A stretch of DNA of 64,000 nucleotides, from NCBI RefSeq assembly GCF_028368995.1, contig NZ_JAQNDL010000003.1:2080001-2144000 (forward strand). Reading direction: 5' to 3'. The stretch is from Nannocystis bainbridge. GTDB lineage: Bacteria > Myxococcota_A > Polyangia > Nannocystales > Nannocystaceae. Position 1 is the first letter of the stretch. Each line of letters starts with the position of its first letter. A program made the translations under genes and the position numbers. Of the stretch, positions 1 to 9,496 are shown piece after piece. Below the pieces are notes generated by a model that was not told the DNA's origin, did no database searches, and worked only from the letters and a program-made list of their open reading frames with translations.

Positions 1-42
1 TCACGGGCCGGGGCCCACGCGCCGCTCGCCCTCCAGCCCCGC

Positions 43-1560
43 TCAGCGGACGCGGAGCTCGAAGCCGACCTCGCGCAGCTTCTCCGCCTCCTCGATCAGG
101 TCGGCGAAGGTCAGCGGGTGGGCCTCGATCCAGTCGGGCAGGAACCCCAGCTCGAGCGCCCCGCGGCGGGCCGTCGCCGTGAACGGCGGCAGCGGCGTCG
201 GGCTGCGGCTGCGGGCCAGGCGGAGCGCCACGCGCAGGCAGATCGTCAGCGCTTTGGCCAGCTCCGCCTCGCTGTTCGGCAGGCCCGTGAACACCTCGCG
301 CGTCAGCCGTTTGCGCTGCCCGAGCAGCATCGCCGCCAGCAGCTCCTGGTCCGCGCGCGAGAACCCCGGCATGTCGGAGTTGGCCACCAGGTACGCGCTG
401 TGCTTGTGATAGCCGGAGAACGCCACCGACAGCCCGATCTCGTGCAGGCGCGCCGCCCAGCCCACCAGCTGGTGCCCGACCTCCGCGTCGAGGCCCCACG
501 CGTCGCGCACCTGCTGGAAGCAGTGCAGCGCCAGGCGCTCCACCCGGCCGGCCTGGGCCATGTCTACCTTGTAGCGCTGGCACAGCTGGCGGATCGTCTG
601 GTCGCGCACGTCCTCGTGGCGGATCCGCCCCAGCAGGTCGTACAGCAGCCCCTCGCGCATCGACCCCGTCGAGATCGCCATGTGCTCGATGTTCAGGCTC
701 TCGAACAGCGCCAGCAGGATCGCCACTCCGCCCGGCAGCACCGGCGCGCGGTCCGCCTGCACCCCCGACAGCCCGCCGATCTTGCTGATGTTGCCCGCGG
801 CGATCAGCGCCTTCTTCAGCTGGCGCAGCCCCGCCACCGTGATCCCGCGGTCGCTCCACCCGTTCGCGCGCAGGATCGCGTCGACCGCCGTGATCGTCCC
901 CGACGAGCCGACGCAGTTCTCCCAGTTCGCCTCGAGGTAGCGGCGCTCGATCGGCTCGAGCTTGAGGCGCGCGGCGATCTCGGCCCGGCGGAAGTCCTCC
1001 GCGCGGATCTTGCCGTCGACGAAGAAGCGCAGGCTGTAGCCGACGCAGCCCATGCCGAGGCTGTCCATGCGGATCGGCTCGAAGCGCTCGCCGACGATCA
1101 GCTCCGTGCTGCCGCCGCCGATGTCGATCACCAGTCGGCGGCCGCGGTCGTCGGACATCGAGTGCGACACCCCGAGGTAGATCAGGCGCGCCTCTTCGCT
1201 GCCGGCGATGATGTCGATCGGGAGGCCGAGCGCCGCCTGGGCCCGGGCCAGGAACACCTTTGCGTTGCCCGCCTGGCGCATCGCGCTGGTGCCCACCGCG
1301 CGCACCCGGCCCTCGGGGATCTCCCGCAACCGCTGACCGAAGCGCTCGAGACAGGCCAGCGCGCGCTCCTGCACCTTGTCGGTCAGCTCGTGCTGCGCGT
1401 CGAGCCCGGCCGCCAGGGCCACGCGCTCGCGCAGGCGATCGACGATGTGGAAGTGGGTGTCGTCGACCACCCGCCCCACCACCATATGAAAGCTGTTCGA
1501 GCCGAGGTCGACCGCGGCGACGCTGTCGGAATCCGTGACTGGCGAATCCGGCTCGTTCAT
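43..1560 (-). CDS. ppx: Exopolyphosphatase Ppx/GppA family
   Basis: AAVDLGSNSFHM, IDIGGGSTE and GSSGT ASKHA motifs; C-terminal HD-like domain (LHEIG...YHKHSAY). Confidence 0.93.
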   Translation of the reverse strand: MNEPDSPVTDSDSVAAVDLGSNSFHMVVGRVVDDTHFHIVDRLRERVALAAGLDAQHELTDKVQERALACLERFGQRLREIPEGRVRAVGTSAMRQAGNAKVFLARAQAALGLPIDIIAGSEEARLIYLGVSHSMSDDRGRRLVIDIGGGSTELIVGERFEPIRMDSLGMGCVGYSLRFFVDGKIRAEDFRRAEIAARLKLEPIERRYLEANWENCVGSSGTITAVDAILRANGWSDRGITVAGLRQLKKALIAAGNISKIGGLSGVQADRAPVLPGGVAILLALFESLNIEHMAISTGSMREGLLYDLLGRIRHEDVRDQTIRQLCQRYKVDMAQAGRVERLALHCFQQVRDAWGLDAEVGHQLVGWAARLHEIGLSVAFSGYHKHSAYLVANSDMPGFSRADQELLAAMLLGQRKRLTREVFTGLPNSEAELAKALTICLRVALRLARSRSPTPLPPFTATARRGALELGFLPDWIEAHPLTFADLIEEAEKLREVGFELRVR

Positions 1561-1867
1561 CGCGGTGGGCGACCATACGGCCGCGCATGCCCGCGTGCAA
1601 GCGCCGCGAGCGACGGAGCACCCGGAGCATCACCCCTCGGCGACGCGGGTGCGCTCGGCGCGTCCACCTGCTCATGAACTCCCGGGCGTCACCGAGGACG
1701 ACGTCGTGAGGACGAGTGATTCTCCGACCCCCACGACGAGTGCTCCTCACGGCTCGACGAGGAGCCGCGTGCAGACCACCTCCACGCGGGACACCCCGCG
1801 CCGAGTGATCCTCCCGAGAGGCTCCGCGCGCACGCGCCACCCGCAATCGGGAATCGTGCAGGGCGTG

Positions 1868-2287
1868 TTAGTCCGCCTCGCCGAGCACGACTTCACCCGG
1901 CGTCGGCACCGGGCTCTCGCTGTCCGACTCGGCCGTCGCCTTGGCGGCGGACTCGGCCGCGCCGTCGAGCGGCGGCTCGCCGAGCTCGTCGGGCGCCTCT
2001 GGCGACGGCAACGACTCGGCCGGCCCGATCGTCAGATCGAGGTCGGCGTCGGGCGCCGCGAACTTGCGCCACGACAGCTCGAGCGCCAGCTTTTGCCGCT
2101 TCCCCTTGTCGGACGCCGCCAGCGAGAAGCCCACCACCCCGCGCGGCCCGAGCACCACCTGTTCGGCCCCGCGGTGGACCCGGACCGTCCCGGACTTGAG
2201 GGCCGTCACCAGCTGCTCGAGGTAGGCGATGACGTGAGGCACCTCGACCGCGCCGTCGATCTTCAATTCCTGACGTGAGCTCTTCAT
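1868..2287 (-). CDS. Amphi-Trp domain protein with acidic low-complexity tail
   Basis: ATG at 2287 (MKSSRQELK); amphipathic helix VIAYLEQLVTALKSG, then beta strands ending KLALELSW; acidic tail. Confidence 0.7.
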   Translation of the reverse strand: MKSSRQELKIDGAVEVPHVIAYLEQLVTALKSGTVRVHRGAEQVVLGPRGVVGFSLAASDKGKRQKLALELSWRKFAAPDADLDLTIGPAESLPSPEAPDELGEPPLDGAAESAAKATAESDSESPVPTPGEVVLGEAD

Positions 2288-2432
2288 CTCCGGGGGCTCC
2301 TCCCGGACGATTTTGGCCGGGCAGCTCAACTTGCCACGGCCGATTTGTCGCAGCAAGGCGCCGGCTGCCGGGCCGACCGCGGCGGCCGAAAGCGGCATGA
2401 ATCGGCGGGCGTCTTGTGCGAAGCTCGCGCTC

Positions 2433-4325
2433 ATGGCTGGCTCCCCCGACCCCTCTCCTGACCGTTCCGCGAGCGACCTCGACGTCTTGCGCCGCAGTCA
2501 CCGCGGCAAGTTCGTCGCGCTCGCCGCCTTGCTCGCCACTGCCGGCGGGCTCGTGTGGTGGAACAGTCGCCCGGGGCCGATCGGTAACGACGAGCAGGCC
2601 GAGCGCGTCCTCGTCGTCCCCGCCGCCAACTGGCGCTACAAGCCCTATCTCGAGAAGTGGGGCTTCGTCGCCCAGGAGGGCCGGCTCAAGACCATGGTCG
2701 ACGAGCTCAAGGAGAAGCTCCCCGAGGCCACCGAGGACGGGCCGGCCGCCGTGCTCAAGCTGGCCGACTGGGCCGGCTTCGCCTTTGTCGCCTTCGAGGA
2801 GCCCGCCGCGCTCGACTTCAGCGGCCTCGACATCGAGGGCGGCGTCCCGACCTTCGCCAAGCACCACCGCTTCGCCGTGGTCAGCGCCGGCGACTACGCC
2901 TTCCCGCACAAGCTCACCGTCAACGCCGAGCCCTCGGCGTTCATGAACGGCCCCGAGCTCGACCTCCTCAGCGCCCTCTTCGCCCAGGAGCCGCTCGCCA
3001 GCACCTTGCGCGACGACCCCAAGAACGGCCCCGAGGTCATCGTCCTGCGCACCAAGGTCCAGGAGGGCATCGACGCCGTCGACGCCATCGTCGCCGCCGA
3101 GGCCACCGTCGCCAAGATCGCCGACAAGGCCCGGATCCTCCTCGTCGACAAGGAGCAGGGCCAGCCCAAGCCCACCCTGCTCGGCGGCGTCCAGGAGAGC
3201 GTCCAGCCGATCACCCTCGCCGACGGCGGCACCCTCCTCCTCTCCCGCAAGGCCAACTTCTCGAGCAGCACCGGCTTCAACGCCGACCTCCAGCTCGAGG
3301 GCACCTGGCGCTTCTTCTACGTCCCCGCCGGCGCCGACCCGGTCGCCGGCCGCGTCCCCTGCACCGGCCTGCTCGACGGCAGCCTCGAGGAGAGCGGCCG
3401 CGGCCCGCTGTTCCGCAGCTCGCCGCAGGGCGACGCCCTCCTGATCCACGAAGGCGGGCGCTCGCGCGTGTTCAAGCTCGAGAGCGGCGGCTGCAACTTC
3501 TCTGCGCTCGGCGAGATCGCCGTCCCGCTCGGGCGCGGCGAAGATCCGGGCGAGCCGCACCGCAGCGGCCGGGTCGCCCGCGTCTACGCCAACAACGGCG
3601 AGAGCGCCGTCTCGCTCGTCAAGCCGGGGGACGAGGTCGCCACCGACCTCGTGCGCACCAGCAAGGTCAACTTCTCGCAGCCCGTGTGGCTGGACGACGA
3701 GGTCCTCGCCGGCACCGGCCACGACACCTTCCCCGACAGCACCGGCGTCTACCACCCCTCCATCCTCTTCTACAGCGCCAGCCGCCCCGACCGGGCCCTG
3801 CGCATCGACGCCCAGAACTTCAACGCCGCCGACGACCTGCAGCACGTCGCCTTCGCCCCGCCCGGCCCGCAGGGCGCCCGCCTGCTCGTGCGCGCCTGGA
3901 GCTCCGAGCGCGGCGAGCAGCTGTTCCGCGTCGACGCCCCCGCCCCGGCCACCCAGATGTTCGCCGACGCCATCGCCGAGGCCGAGAAGACCCCGCTGCC
4001 GGCCGAGGTCCGCGACGGCATGGAGCCGCTCATCGTCCCGCTCGACACCCGCGGCTGGAGCTTCACGCCGATCGTCAGCGAGCTCCGCGCCCACGACCCC
4101 GTCGTCACCCCCGACGGCAACCTGGTCGCCTTCGCCAGCGACTCCGAGATCCACACCGTCCCGCTCGCCGGCGGCCCGGTGCGCACGGTGACCCGCAACG
4201 AGCTCGAGGACCACACCCCCATGTTCACCGCCGACGGCAAGACGATCGTGTTCCGCACCCGGTTCCCGATCGAGAAGACCAACTGGACCCTGACCACCGC
4301 CCGCAGCGTCCCCGCCGGCGAGTAA
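2433..4325 (+). CDS. Membrane-anchored protein with C-terminal TolB-like/PD40 beta-propeller repeats
   Basis: N-terminal TM segment (FVALAALLATAGGLVWW); PD40-like motifs DPVVTPDGNLVAFAS and TPMFTADGKTIVFRT; normal codon bias. Confidence 0.7.
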   Translation: MAGSPDPSPDRSASDLDVLRRSHRGKFVALAALLATAGGLVWWNSRPGPIGNDEQAERVLVVPAANWRYKPYLEKWGFVAQEGRLKTMVDELKEKLPEATEDGPAAVLKLADWAGFAFVAFEEPAALDFSGLDIEGGVPTFAKHHRFAVVSAGDYAFPHKLTVNAEPSAFMNGPELDLLSALFAQEPLASTLRDDPKNGPEVIVLRTKVQEGIDAVDAIVAAEATVAKIADKARILLVDKEQGQPKPTLLGGVQESVQPITLADGGTLLLSRKANFSSSTGFNADLQLEGTWRFFYVPAGADPVAGRVPCTGLLDGSLEESGRGPLFRSSPQGDALLIHEGGRSRVFKLESGGCNFSALGEIAVPLGRGEDPGEPHRSGRVARVYANNGESAVSLVKPGDEVATDLVRTSKVNFSQPVWLDDEVLAGTGHDTFPDSTGVYHPSILFYSASRPDRALRIDAQNFNAADDLQHVAFAPPGPQGARLLVRAWSSERGEQLFRVDAPAPATQMFADAIAEAEKTPLPAEVRDGMEPLIVPLDTRGWSFTPIVSELRAHDPVVTPDGNLVAFASDSEIHTVPLAGGPVRTVTRNELEDHTPMFTADGKTIVFRTRFPIEKTNWTLTTARSVPAGE

Positions 4326-4359
4326 CTCTCGTCGTCACCGAAGAGCGCGACCCGTCGCC

Positions 4360-4393
4360 AAGAGCGCGAAGAGACCTGTCTCTTCGCGCTCTT
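4360..4393. terminator. Perfect 16-bp inverted repeat between convergent genes (possible bidirectional terminator)
   Basis: AAGAGCGCGAAGAGAC-CT-GTCTCTTCGCGCTCTT. Confidence 0.55.
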
Positions 4394-4463
4394 CGCTTGC
4401 TCGCAAGACATGTCCTTCCAGCCACTTCCGCTCCGGACCTCGGTCCCGAGCCCGACCGATCGA

Positions 4464-4610
4464 CATGACTCTTGGAACATGTCCTTTCGGCAATGTCCGA
4501 ACCTGCCCGCCGCCGCCGCCTCACCGTCTACTAGAGCGCGGGCGACGTCCTGATGCTCCGCAGCTTCGGCGAAAACACGCTGGGACCATCGACCTGTCCC
4601 TCAGGACATC
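4464..4610. repeat. Cluster of C[AC]TGTC-N6-GACA[GT]G palindromes
   Basis: catgac-tcttgg-aacatg (4464), catgtc-ctttcg-gcaatg (4478), cctgtc-cctcag-gacatc (4593). Confidence 0.7.
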
Positions 4611-4617
4611 TCGACCC

Positions 4618-5589
4618 TCACTCCGTCTCTCCGCGCGCCGGCGCCGAGAAGCCCTCCCCCTTTTTAAAGGCTTTGCCGGCCGCGTAGGCCTGGGCGGGCA
4701 TGCGCTTGGCGCCGGCGGCCTGGACCTCGGCGACCAGCACCACCCCGTCGCCGCAGGCCACGTGCAGGCCCGCGCGGTCGACCGCCAGCACCTCGCCGGG
4801 CGCCGCGTCGTCGGGGCGAGCCAGCGGCGACGGCCGCGGGCGGTACAGCTTGACCGGTGTCCCCTCGCGCCCGGTCACTGCCGCCGGCCACGGGTCCATC
4901 CCCCGGATGTGATTCAGGACATGTCCTGAAGACCATGTCCAATCGACCACCCCTTCTTCTTTGCGCAAGATCGGCGCCAGCGTCACCAGCGTCGGGTCTT
5001 GCGGCGTCGGCGGCGGCACCTCCGGGAACTCGCCGAGGAACGCCGCCAGCAGATCGCCGCCGAGCGTCGCCAGGCGGAGGAACAGCTCGCCGCTCGTCTC
5101 CTCCGGCCCGATCGGCGTCTGCACCGCGCGGAACACCGGCCCCGTGTCGAGCCCCTCCTCCATCCTCATGATCGCCACCCCCGTCTCGCGGTCGCCTGCC
5201 AGCACCGCGCGCTGGATCGGCGCCGCCCCGCGCCAGCGCGGCAGCAGCGACGCGTGGACGTTGATGCAGCCGTGGCGCGGCACCTCGAGGATCGCGCGCG
5301 GCAAGATCCGCCCGTACGCCGTCACCACGATCACGTCGGGCTCCAGCGCTTGCAGCTGCGCCGCCAGCGTCCCGTCGCGCACCTTCACTGGTTGGCTGAC
5401 CGGCACCCCGAGGCGGAGCGCCGCCTCCTTGACCGCCGGCGGCATCAGCTTGCGACCGCGCCCCGCCGGCTTGTCCGGCTGCGTCACTGCCAGCACCAGC
5501 TCGCACGTGCGAGCGACCGCCTCCAGGCTCGACACCGCAAAGTCGGGCGAACCCATGAACACCGCACGAAGCCGCGAAGATCCGCTCAC
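4618..5589 (-). CDS. fmt: Methionyl-tRNA formyltransferase
   Basis: VFMGSPDFA, VTQPDKPAGRG, INVHASLLPRWRGAAPIQRA and EEGLDTG motifs. Confidence 0.96.
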   Translation of the reverse strand: MSGSSRLRAVFMGSPDFAVSSLEAVARTCELVLAVTQPDKPAGRGRKLMPPAVKEAALRLGVPVSQPVKVRDGTLAAQLQALEPDVIVVTAYGRILPRAILEVPRHGCINVHASLLPRWRGAAPIQRAVLAGDRETGVAIMRMEEGLDTGPVFRAVQTPIGPEETSGELFLRLATLGGDLLAAFLGEFPEVPPPTPQDPTLVTLAPILRKEEGVVDWTWSSGHVLNHIRGMDPWPAAVTGREGTPVKLYRPRPSPLARPDDAAPGEVLAVDRAGLHVACGDGVVLVAEVQAAGAKRMPAQAYAAGKAFKKGEGFSAPARGETE

Positions 5590-8500
5590 GTCGCCCCGAT
5601 CTGCGCCAGATAGGCGCTGTGCAGCGCGTCGTCGGAGAGCACGTCGCGCGCCTCGTCGAGGGCCGCCATCAGCTCCTCGATCTCCTCTGCCAGCTCGACC
5701 CGACTGTCGGGCTCGAGGCTCTCGCAGAACGTCGTCGTAAGGTCCGCGTGGGCCCGCAGCACCTCGGCCCGCGACGCCTCCCGCGGCAGCCCGAGCAGCG
5801 CGAAGTAGTCGCTCTCGCGCGCCAGTCGCAGGCGCTCGCGCACCCGCTGGCGGTCGAGCGCCGTCAAGCTCGCCGCCGGATCGTCGATCTCGGGCGCCAG
5901 GTGACCCAGCAGCTCGAGCACGTGCACGATCCCCCGGATCGTCGCCTCGTCGGCCACCGCGGCCGCGACCAACTCCGCCACCCGCGTCTGGCCGTCGAAC
6001 CGCTCCGTCACCGCCACCACCGCTGGCCAGCGCAGCTCCGCCGCCAGCGCCTCCGGCCCCGCGAACGCCAGCCGTGGCCGTCGATCATCATTCACCGCCA
6101 CGCGCAGCTGCGACAGCGTCGCCCCGCGCTGGACCCCGCCGGCGATCATCGCCGCCAGCGGCACCCCCAGCTCGACCGCCACCGCCGGCGTCTCGCCCGG
6201 ATCGAGGCCCCAGGCCACGCTGCCGCTCTCGGCGATCCGCTCGACGATCCGCCGCACCGGCTCCCGCAGCGCCTCCCGCATCTCCTGCGGTTTAATCAAT
6301 GCCGACTGCGCGAGTCGTTCGACGTCACGCCGCGGATCGCCGGTGCCCCAGCGCGCCGCCAGCTCCACGTGTGCCGGGCTGAGCAGCCCGCGCGCGGCCA
6401 GGCGGCCCAGCACCGACTCGCTGCTCGCATCGCTCGCGCCGCCGATGACCTGTCCCTCCGACCACCACAGCCGCCGCGCCGGCGCCCCGCTCGCTACCAC
6501 CCGCAGACAGCCCGTGAACCGCTCGCGCCGCAGCTCGGCCAGCAGCGCCGGAGCCTCCGTCTCACCGCGGCTCTCGGCCCCCGCCAGCGGCGACTCGGTC
6601 TCGGCATCCTCCGCCGCCGCGGGCCGAGCCTGCCGGACGACCTCGGCGATCGGCGAACGAGCGCGCTCCTGGCCACCTGACCCAAGAGACAGACCGGTTA
6701 CCCCGCGCCTCGCCGCCCGCGCGCGTTCATCGCTCCCGCGGACCTCGTGAACCGGCGCGCGATCACGTTCAGACTCGTCGGGAATGTCCCTTCGGGCATG
6801 TCGCTGAGGCCATGTCTCTCGAGACATCTCCGAGCCGACCTCGCCGCGCGGCGACGGACGCCGCGCCCAGTGGCGGGACGGCAACACGATCGTGGCTTCC
6901 TCGGCACCACGAGGGTCCTCACCGGCATCCGCGCTCGGTTCGTCCCTGTCAGCCCGCGTCACGACCGATCTGCGCGACGGGTCCCGCTCCTCGCGCGATT
7001 CCTCGTCCCCGAAGCGCCCCGCACCGCGCGCCTCGTCCCGGTCGCCTCGCGACGCGCCCGGCTCCCTACCGCCGCGCTCCGCGACCCTCCCGCCACCCGT
7101 GATTCGCGCCCGGGGCTCCACCCGGAACCTGCCCTCGCGGGCTTCGTCTCCGGACCGCCCCGACTCGCCGCCCTCACCGTCGGCCGCGAGCTCCGCAGCT
7201 TCGCCGGCATTCGCCTCCGACGACACATCGCCCGTCTCGAAGCGCTGGCTCCGCCCGGGACCTGTCCCTCGAGACAGGCGAACGTCCATCACCGCGAACC
7301 TGCCGCGCCGGCCCTCGAGCTCCGCGGCCTGACTCGCTCGCGTCGCGCCCGACGGCCCGGCGTCCTCCACCGCGAACCGTCCCCGATCCAGACCTGGGGC
7401 GAGCTTCGGCCGCGGCGGGGCCTTTTGCGGCTCCGCATCGACCTCGACCACGAACCGCCCGCGTCGCCTTTCGCTCGCGACCTCACCGCCGGAGCCCTCT
7501 CGCAACGAGCTCGCACCCTCGTGCCGCGGCCGCGCGCGGGGCAGTTCGGTCGTCCCCTCGCCCTCGATCGGGCCTGGCTCCGCGCCGACCCCGACGCCCG
7601 GCCGTTGGCTGCGATCCTCCTTCGGATCTTTCCCCGCGAGCTCGAAGGTCCGCGCCGTCGGCCGCTCACGCTTCAGCTCCACGGTCCGCTCGCGCCTCGG
7701 CTCGACTGTCGGCTCGCCGCGGACCGGAACTGTCCCTTCGGCCAGCCCATCCGCGCGCACCCGCGGCGCCCCGCGATTCGGACCTGCCTCTTCGGCCAGA
7801 TCCTTTGCGCCCCGCAGCCCCACGATCCGGCCTGTCTCTTCGGCCAGCTCGTCCTTCTGCCCCGGCCCCGATCGCGACCGCGCGCGCGGCTCGTCTCCCG
7901 CCGCAACCTGTCGTTTCGGCCATGTCCCTCGGGACAGCTCATTCCCCGCCCCCGCGCGCGGACCCGTCCGCCCCTCGTCCCCGCGGCTCGCCCGGTCCTT
8001 GCGAACGTCCTCACGGGCCGCGGTCGCCACGGACGCCGTATGGTCGCTGTGGGCCTCTGCGGGCCCCTGCGGGCCCGGCTCCGGCGAGATCTCCCCGTCG
8101 CGCGAAAACGTGAGCTCGCTTCGGGTCCCCCGACGACCGATCCGCGATTCGCCAGTCGAGGGCAACCGCTGGGTCGGCTCGCGCAGCAGCTCGAGCTCGC
8201 CGCTGTCGTGCTCCGGATCGACGTCGGGAACGGCGTCCAGGCCCATCGCCTCGAGGTCGATCCCGTCGCGGTGACCATCGACCGACTCTTCGCGGGTCTC
8301 GAGTCGCGCGGCCAGCACCTCGAGCGTGTGATGCAGGCGGCTGAGGACTGGGTCCGCGCGAACGGGGCGCGGAGCGGGTGAGGCCTCGCGAACCTCCGTG
8401 CGCACCGTCCCCGCTGGCGGACCCGCGAGCTCGACCAGCGCAGCCTTGAGCTCGGCCTCGTCGACGGGCGCTTCGAGGAAGCGGTCCGCTCCGAGCTCGA

Positions 8501-8777
8501 GCACGGCGGCCAGATCGGGCGTCTCGCCTTGCAGGCGCCCGTAGAGCAGCACCGGGATGCCCATCGTCTCCGGTCGCTGTCGCAGCGCCTGTACCAGACC
8601 GCTCGCATCCGTCGTGCCGAGGCAGACGATGACCGCCGCGGGGCCCGGGTTTTGCGCCGCACGCGGCACCAGCTCGCGCTCGCGAACCGGCACCACCGTG
8701 TAGCCCAGGTCCTGCACGCGAGGGACCAGCTCGCCCCGGTGGGCACGGTCACCCGTCATGAGGATCTCCGGACCCAC
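5586..8777 (-). CDS. Multidomain protein: receiver-like N-terminus, long charged linker, DUF4388-like region, C-terminal J-like domain
   Basis: IPVLLYG...LELGADRFLEAPVDEAELKAAL (receiver fold); RERFTGCLRV; DYFALLGLPREASRAEVLRAH...EARDVLSDDALHSAY (J-like); stop overlaps the fmt start. Confidence 0.7.
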   Translation of the reverse strand: MGPEILMTGDRAHRGELVPRVQDLGYTVVPVRERELVPRAAQNPGPAAVIVCLGTTDASGLVQALRQRPETMGIPVLLYGRLQGETPDLAAVLELGADRFLEAPVDEAELKAALVELAGPPAGTVRTEVREASPAPRPVRADPVLSRLHHTLEVLAARLETREESVDGHRDGIDLEAMGLDAVPDVDPEHDSGELELLREPTQRLPSTGESRIGRRGTRSELTFSRDGEISPEPGPQGPAEAHSDHTASVATAAREDVRKDRASRGDEGRTGPRAGAGNELSRGTWPKRQVAAGDEPRARSRSGPGQKDELAEETGRIVGLRGAKDLAEEAGPNRGAPRVRADGLAEGTVPVRGEPTVEPRRERTVELKRERPTARTFELAGKDPKEDRSQRPGVGVGAEPGPIEGEGTTELPRARPRHEGASSLREGSGGEVASERRRGRFVVEVDAEPQKAPPRPKLAPGLDRGRFAVEDAGPSGATRASQAAELEGRRGRFAVMDVRLSRGTGPGRSQRFETGDVSSEANAGEAAELAADGEGGESGRSGDEAREGRFRVEPRARITGGGRVAERGGREPGASRGDRDEARGAGRFGDEESREERDPSRRSVVTRADRDEPSADAGEDPRGAEEATIVLPSRHWARRPSPRGEVGSEMSRETWPQRHARRDIPDESERDRAPVHEVRGSDERARAARRGVTGLSLGSGGQERARSPIAEVVRQARPAAAEDAETESPLAGAESRGETEAPALLAELRRERFTGCLRVVASGAPARRLWWSEGQVIGGASDASSESVLGRLAARGLLSPAHVELAARWGTGDPRRDVERLAQSALIKPQEMREALREPVRRIVERIAESGSVAWGLDPGETPAVAVELGVPLAAMIAGGVQRGATLSQLRVAVNDDRRPRLAFAGPEALAAELRWPAVVAVTERFDGQTRVAELVAAAVADEATIRGIVHVLELLGHLAPEIDDPAASLTALDRQRVRERLRLARESDYFALLGLPREASRAEVLRAHADLTTTFCESLEPDSRVELAEEIEELMAALDEARDVLSDDALHSAYLAQIGAT

Positions 8778-8937
8778 GGCGACGGGAGTGTACTCCAGTC
8801 CTTATGCGCGGCGACGCACCCTCGCAGCTGGCGGTCCGGGGCGGCCTTTTCTTCCAGGATGCGTGAAGCGGCGCGCCCAGCGAGCGTCTGCCCGCTGTCA
8901 CCTTCCCGCAACCGCTCAAATCAGCCAGGATCTCCCC

Positions 8938-9408
8938 ATGCAACTCAAGTCCGCTCGCACGTCTCTGCGCCCGCTGAAATTCGTGGCCGCCGCGCTGTTG
9001 GCCGTGGTCATGTCCGCCTCGGCGACCGCCTACGCCTTCTTCTCCGCCAGCGATTCACCGGTCGGGAACTGGAAGACGATCGACGACGAGACCGGCGAGA
9101 CGAAGTCCGTCGTCAAGATCTACGAGGTCGACGGCAAGATCTACGGCCGCATCGATCGCCTCCTCCTCAAGCCCGGCGCGCTGTGCGATGCGTGCGAAGG
9201 CGACGATCACAACAAGCCCATCGAGGGCATGGTGATCATGTGGGGCATGGGCGCCGACGATGGTGAGTGGAGCGGCGGCAAGATCTTCGACCCCCAGAAG
9301 AACAAGACCTACCGCTGCAAGATCTGGCTCGAGGATGGCGGCCGCAAGCTCAAGGTCCGCGGCTACCTCGGCCCGTTCTTCCGCACCCAGACCTGGATCC
9401 GTCAGTAG
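8938..9408 (+). CDS. DUF2147 family secreted protein
   Basis: Signal peptide; PVGNWKTIDD, WSGGKIFDPQKNKTYRCK, LKVRGYLGPFFRTQTWIR. Confidence 0.85.
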   Translation: MQLKSARTSLRPLKFVAAALLAVVMSASATAYAFFSASDSPVGNWKTIDDETGETKSVVKIYEVDGKIYGRIDRLLLKPGALCDACEGDDHNKPIEGMVIMWGMGADDGEWSGGKIFDPQKNKTYRCKIWLEDGGRKLKVRGYLGPFFRTQTWIRQ

Positions 9409-9496
9409 AACCCTCTTGGGGTCCGCACTGCCGGTCGCCCCTCGCGCCTGAGGCCGCCATACGCGGCCTTTGTCGCGACGGGCCGCGGCCCCTACC

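Noticed and set aside
7261-7278. Palindrome as parS, or as a p53-type RRRCWWGYYY site
   Set aside because: It differs from parS (TGTTTCACGTGAAACA) in length and core; the similarity of GGACATGTCC to the eukaryotic site has no supporting context
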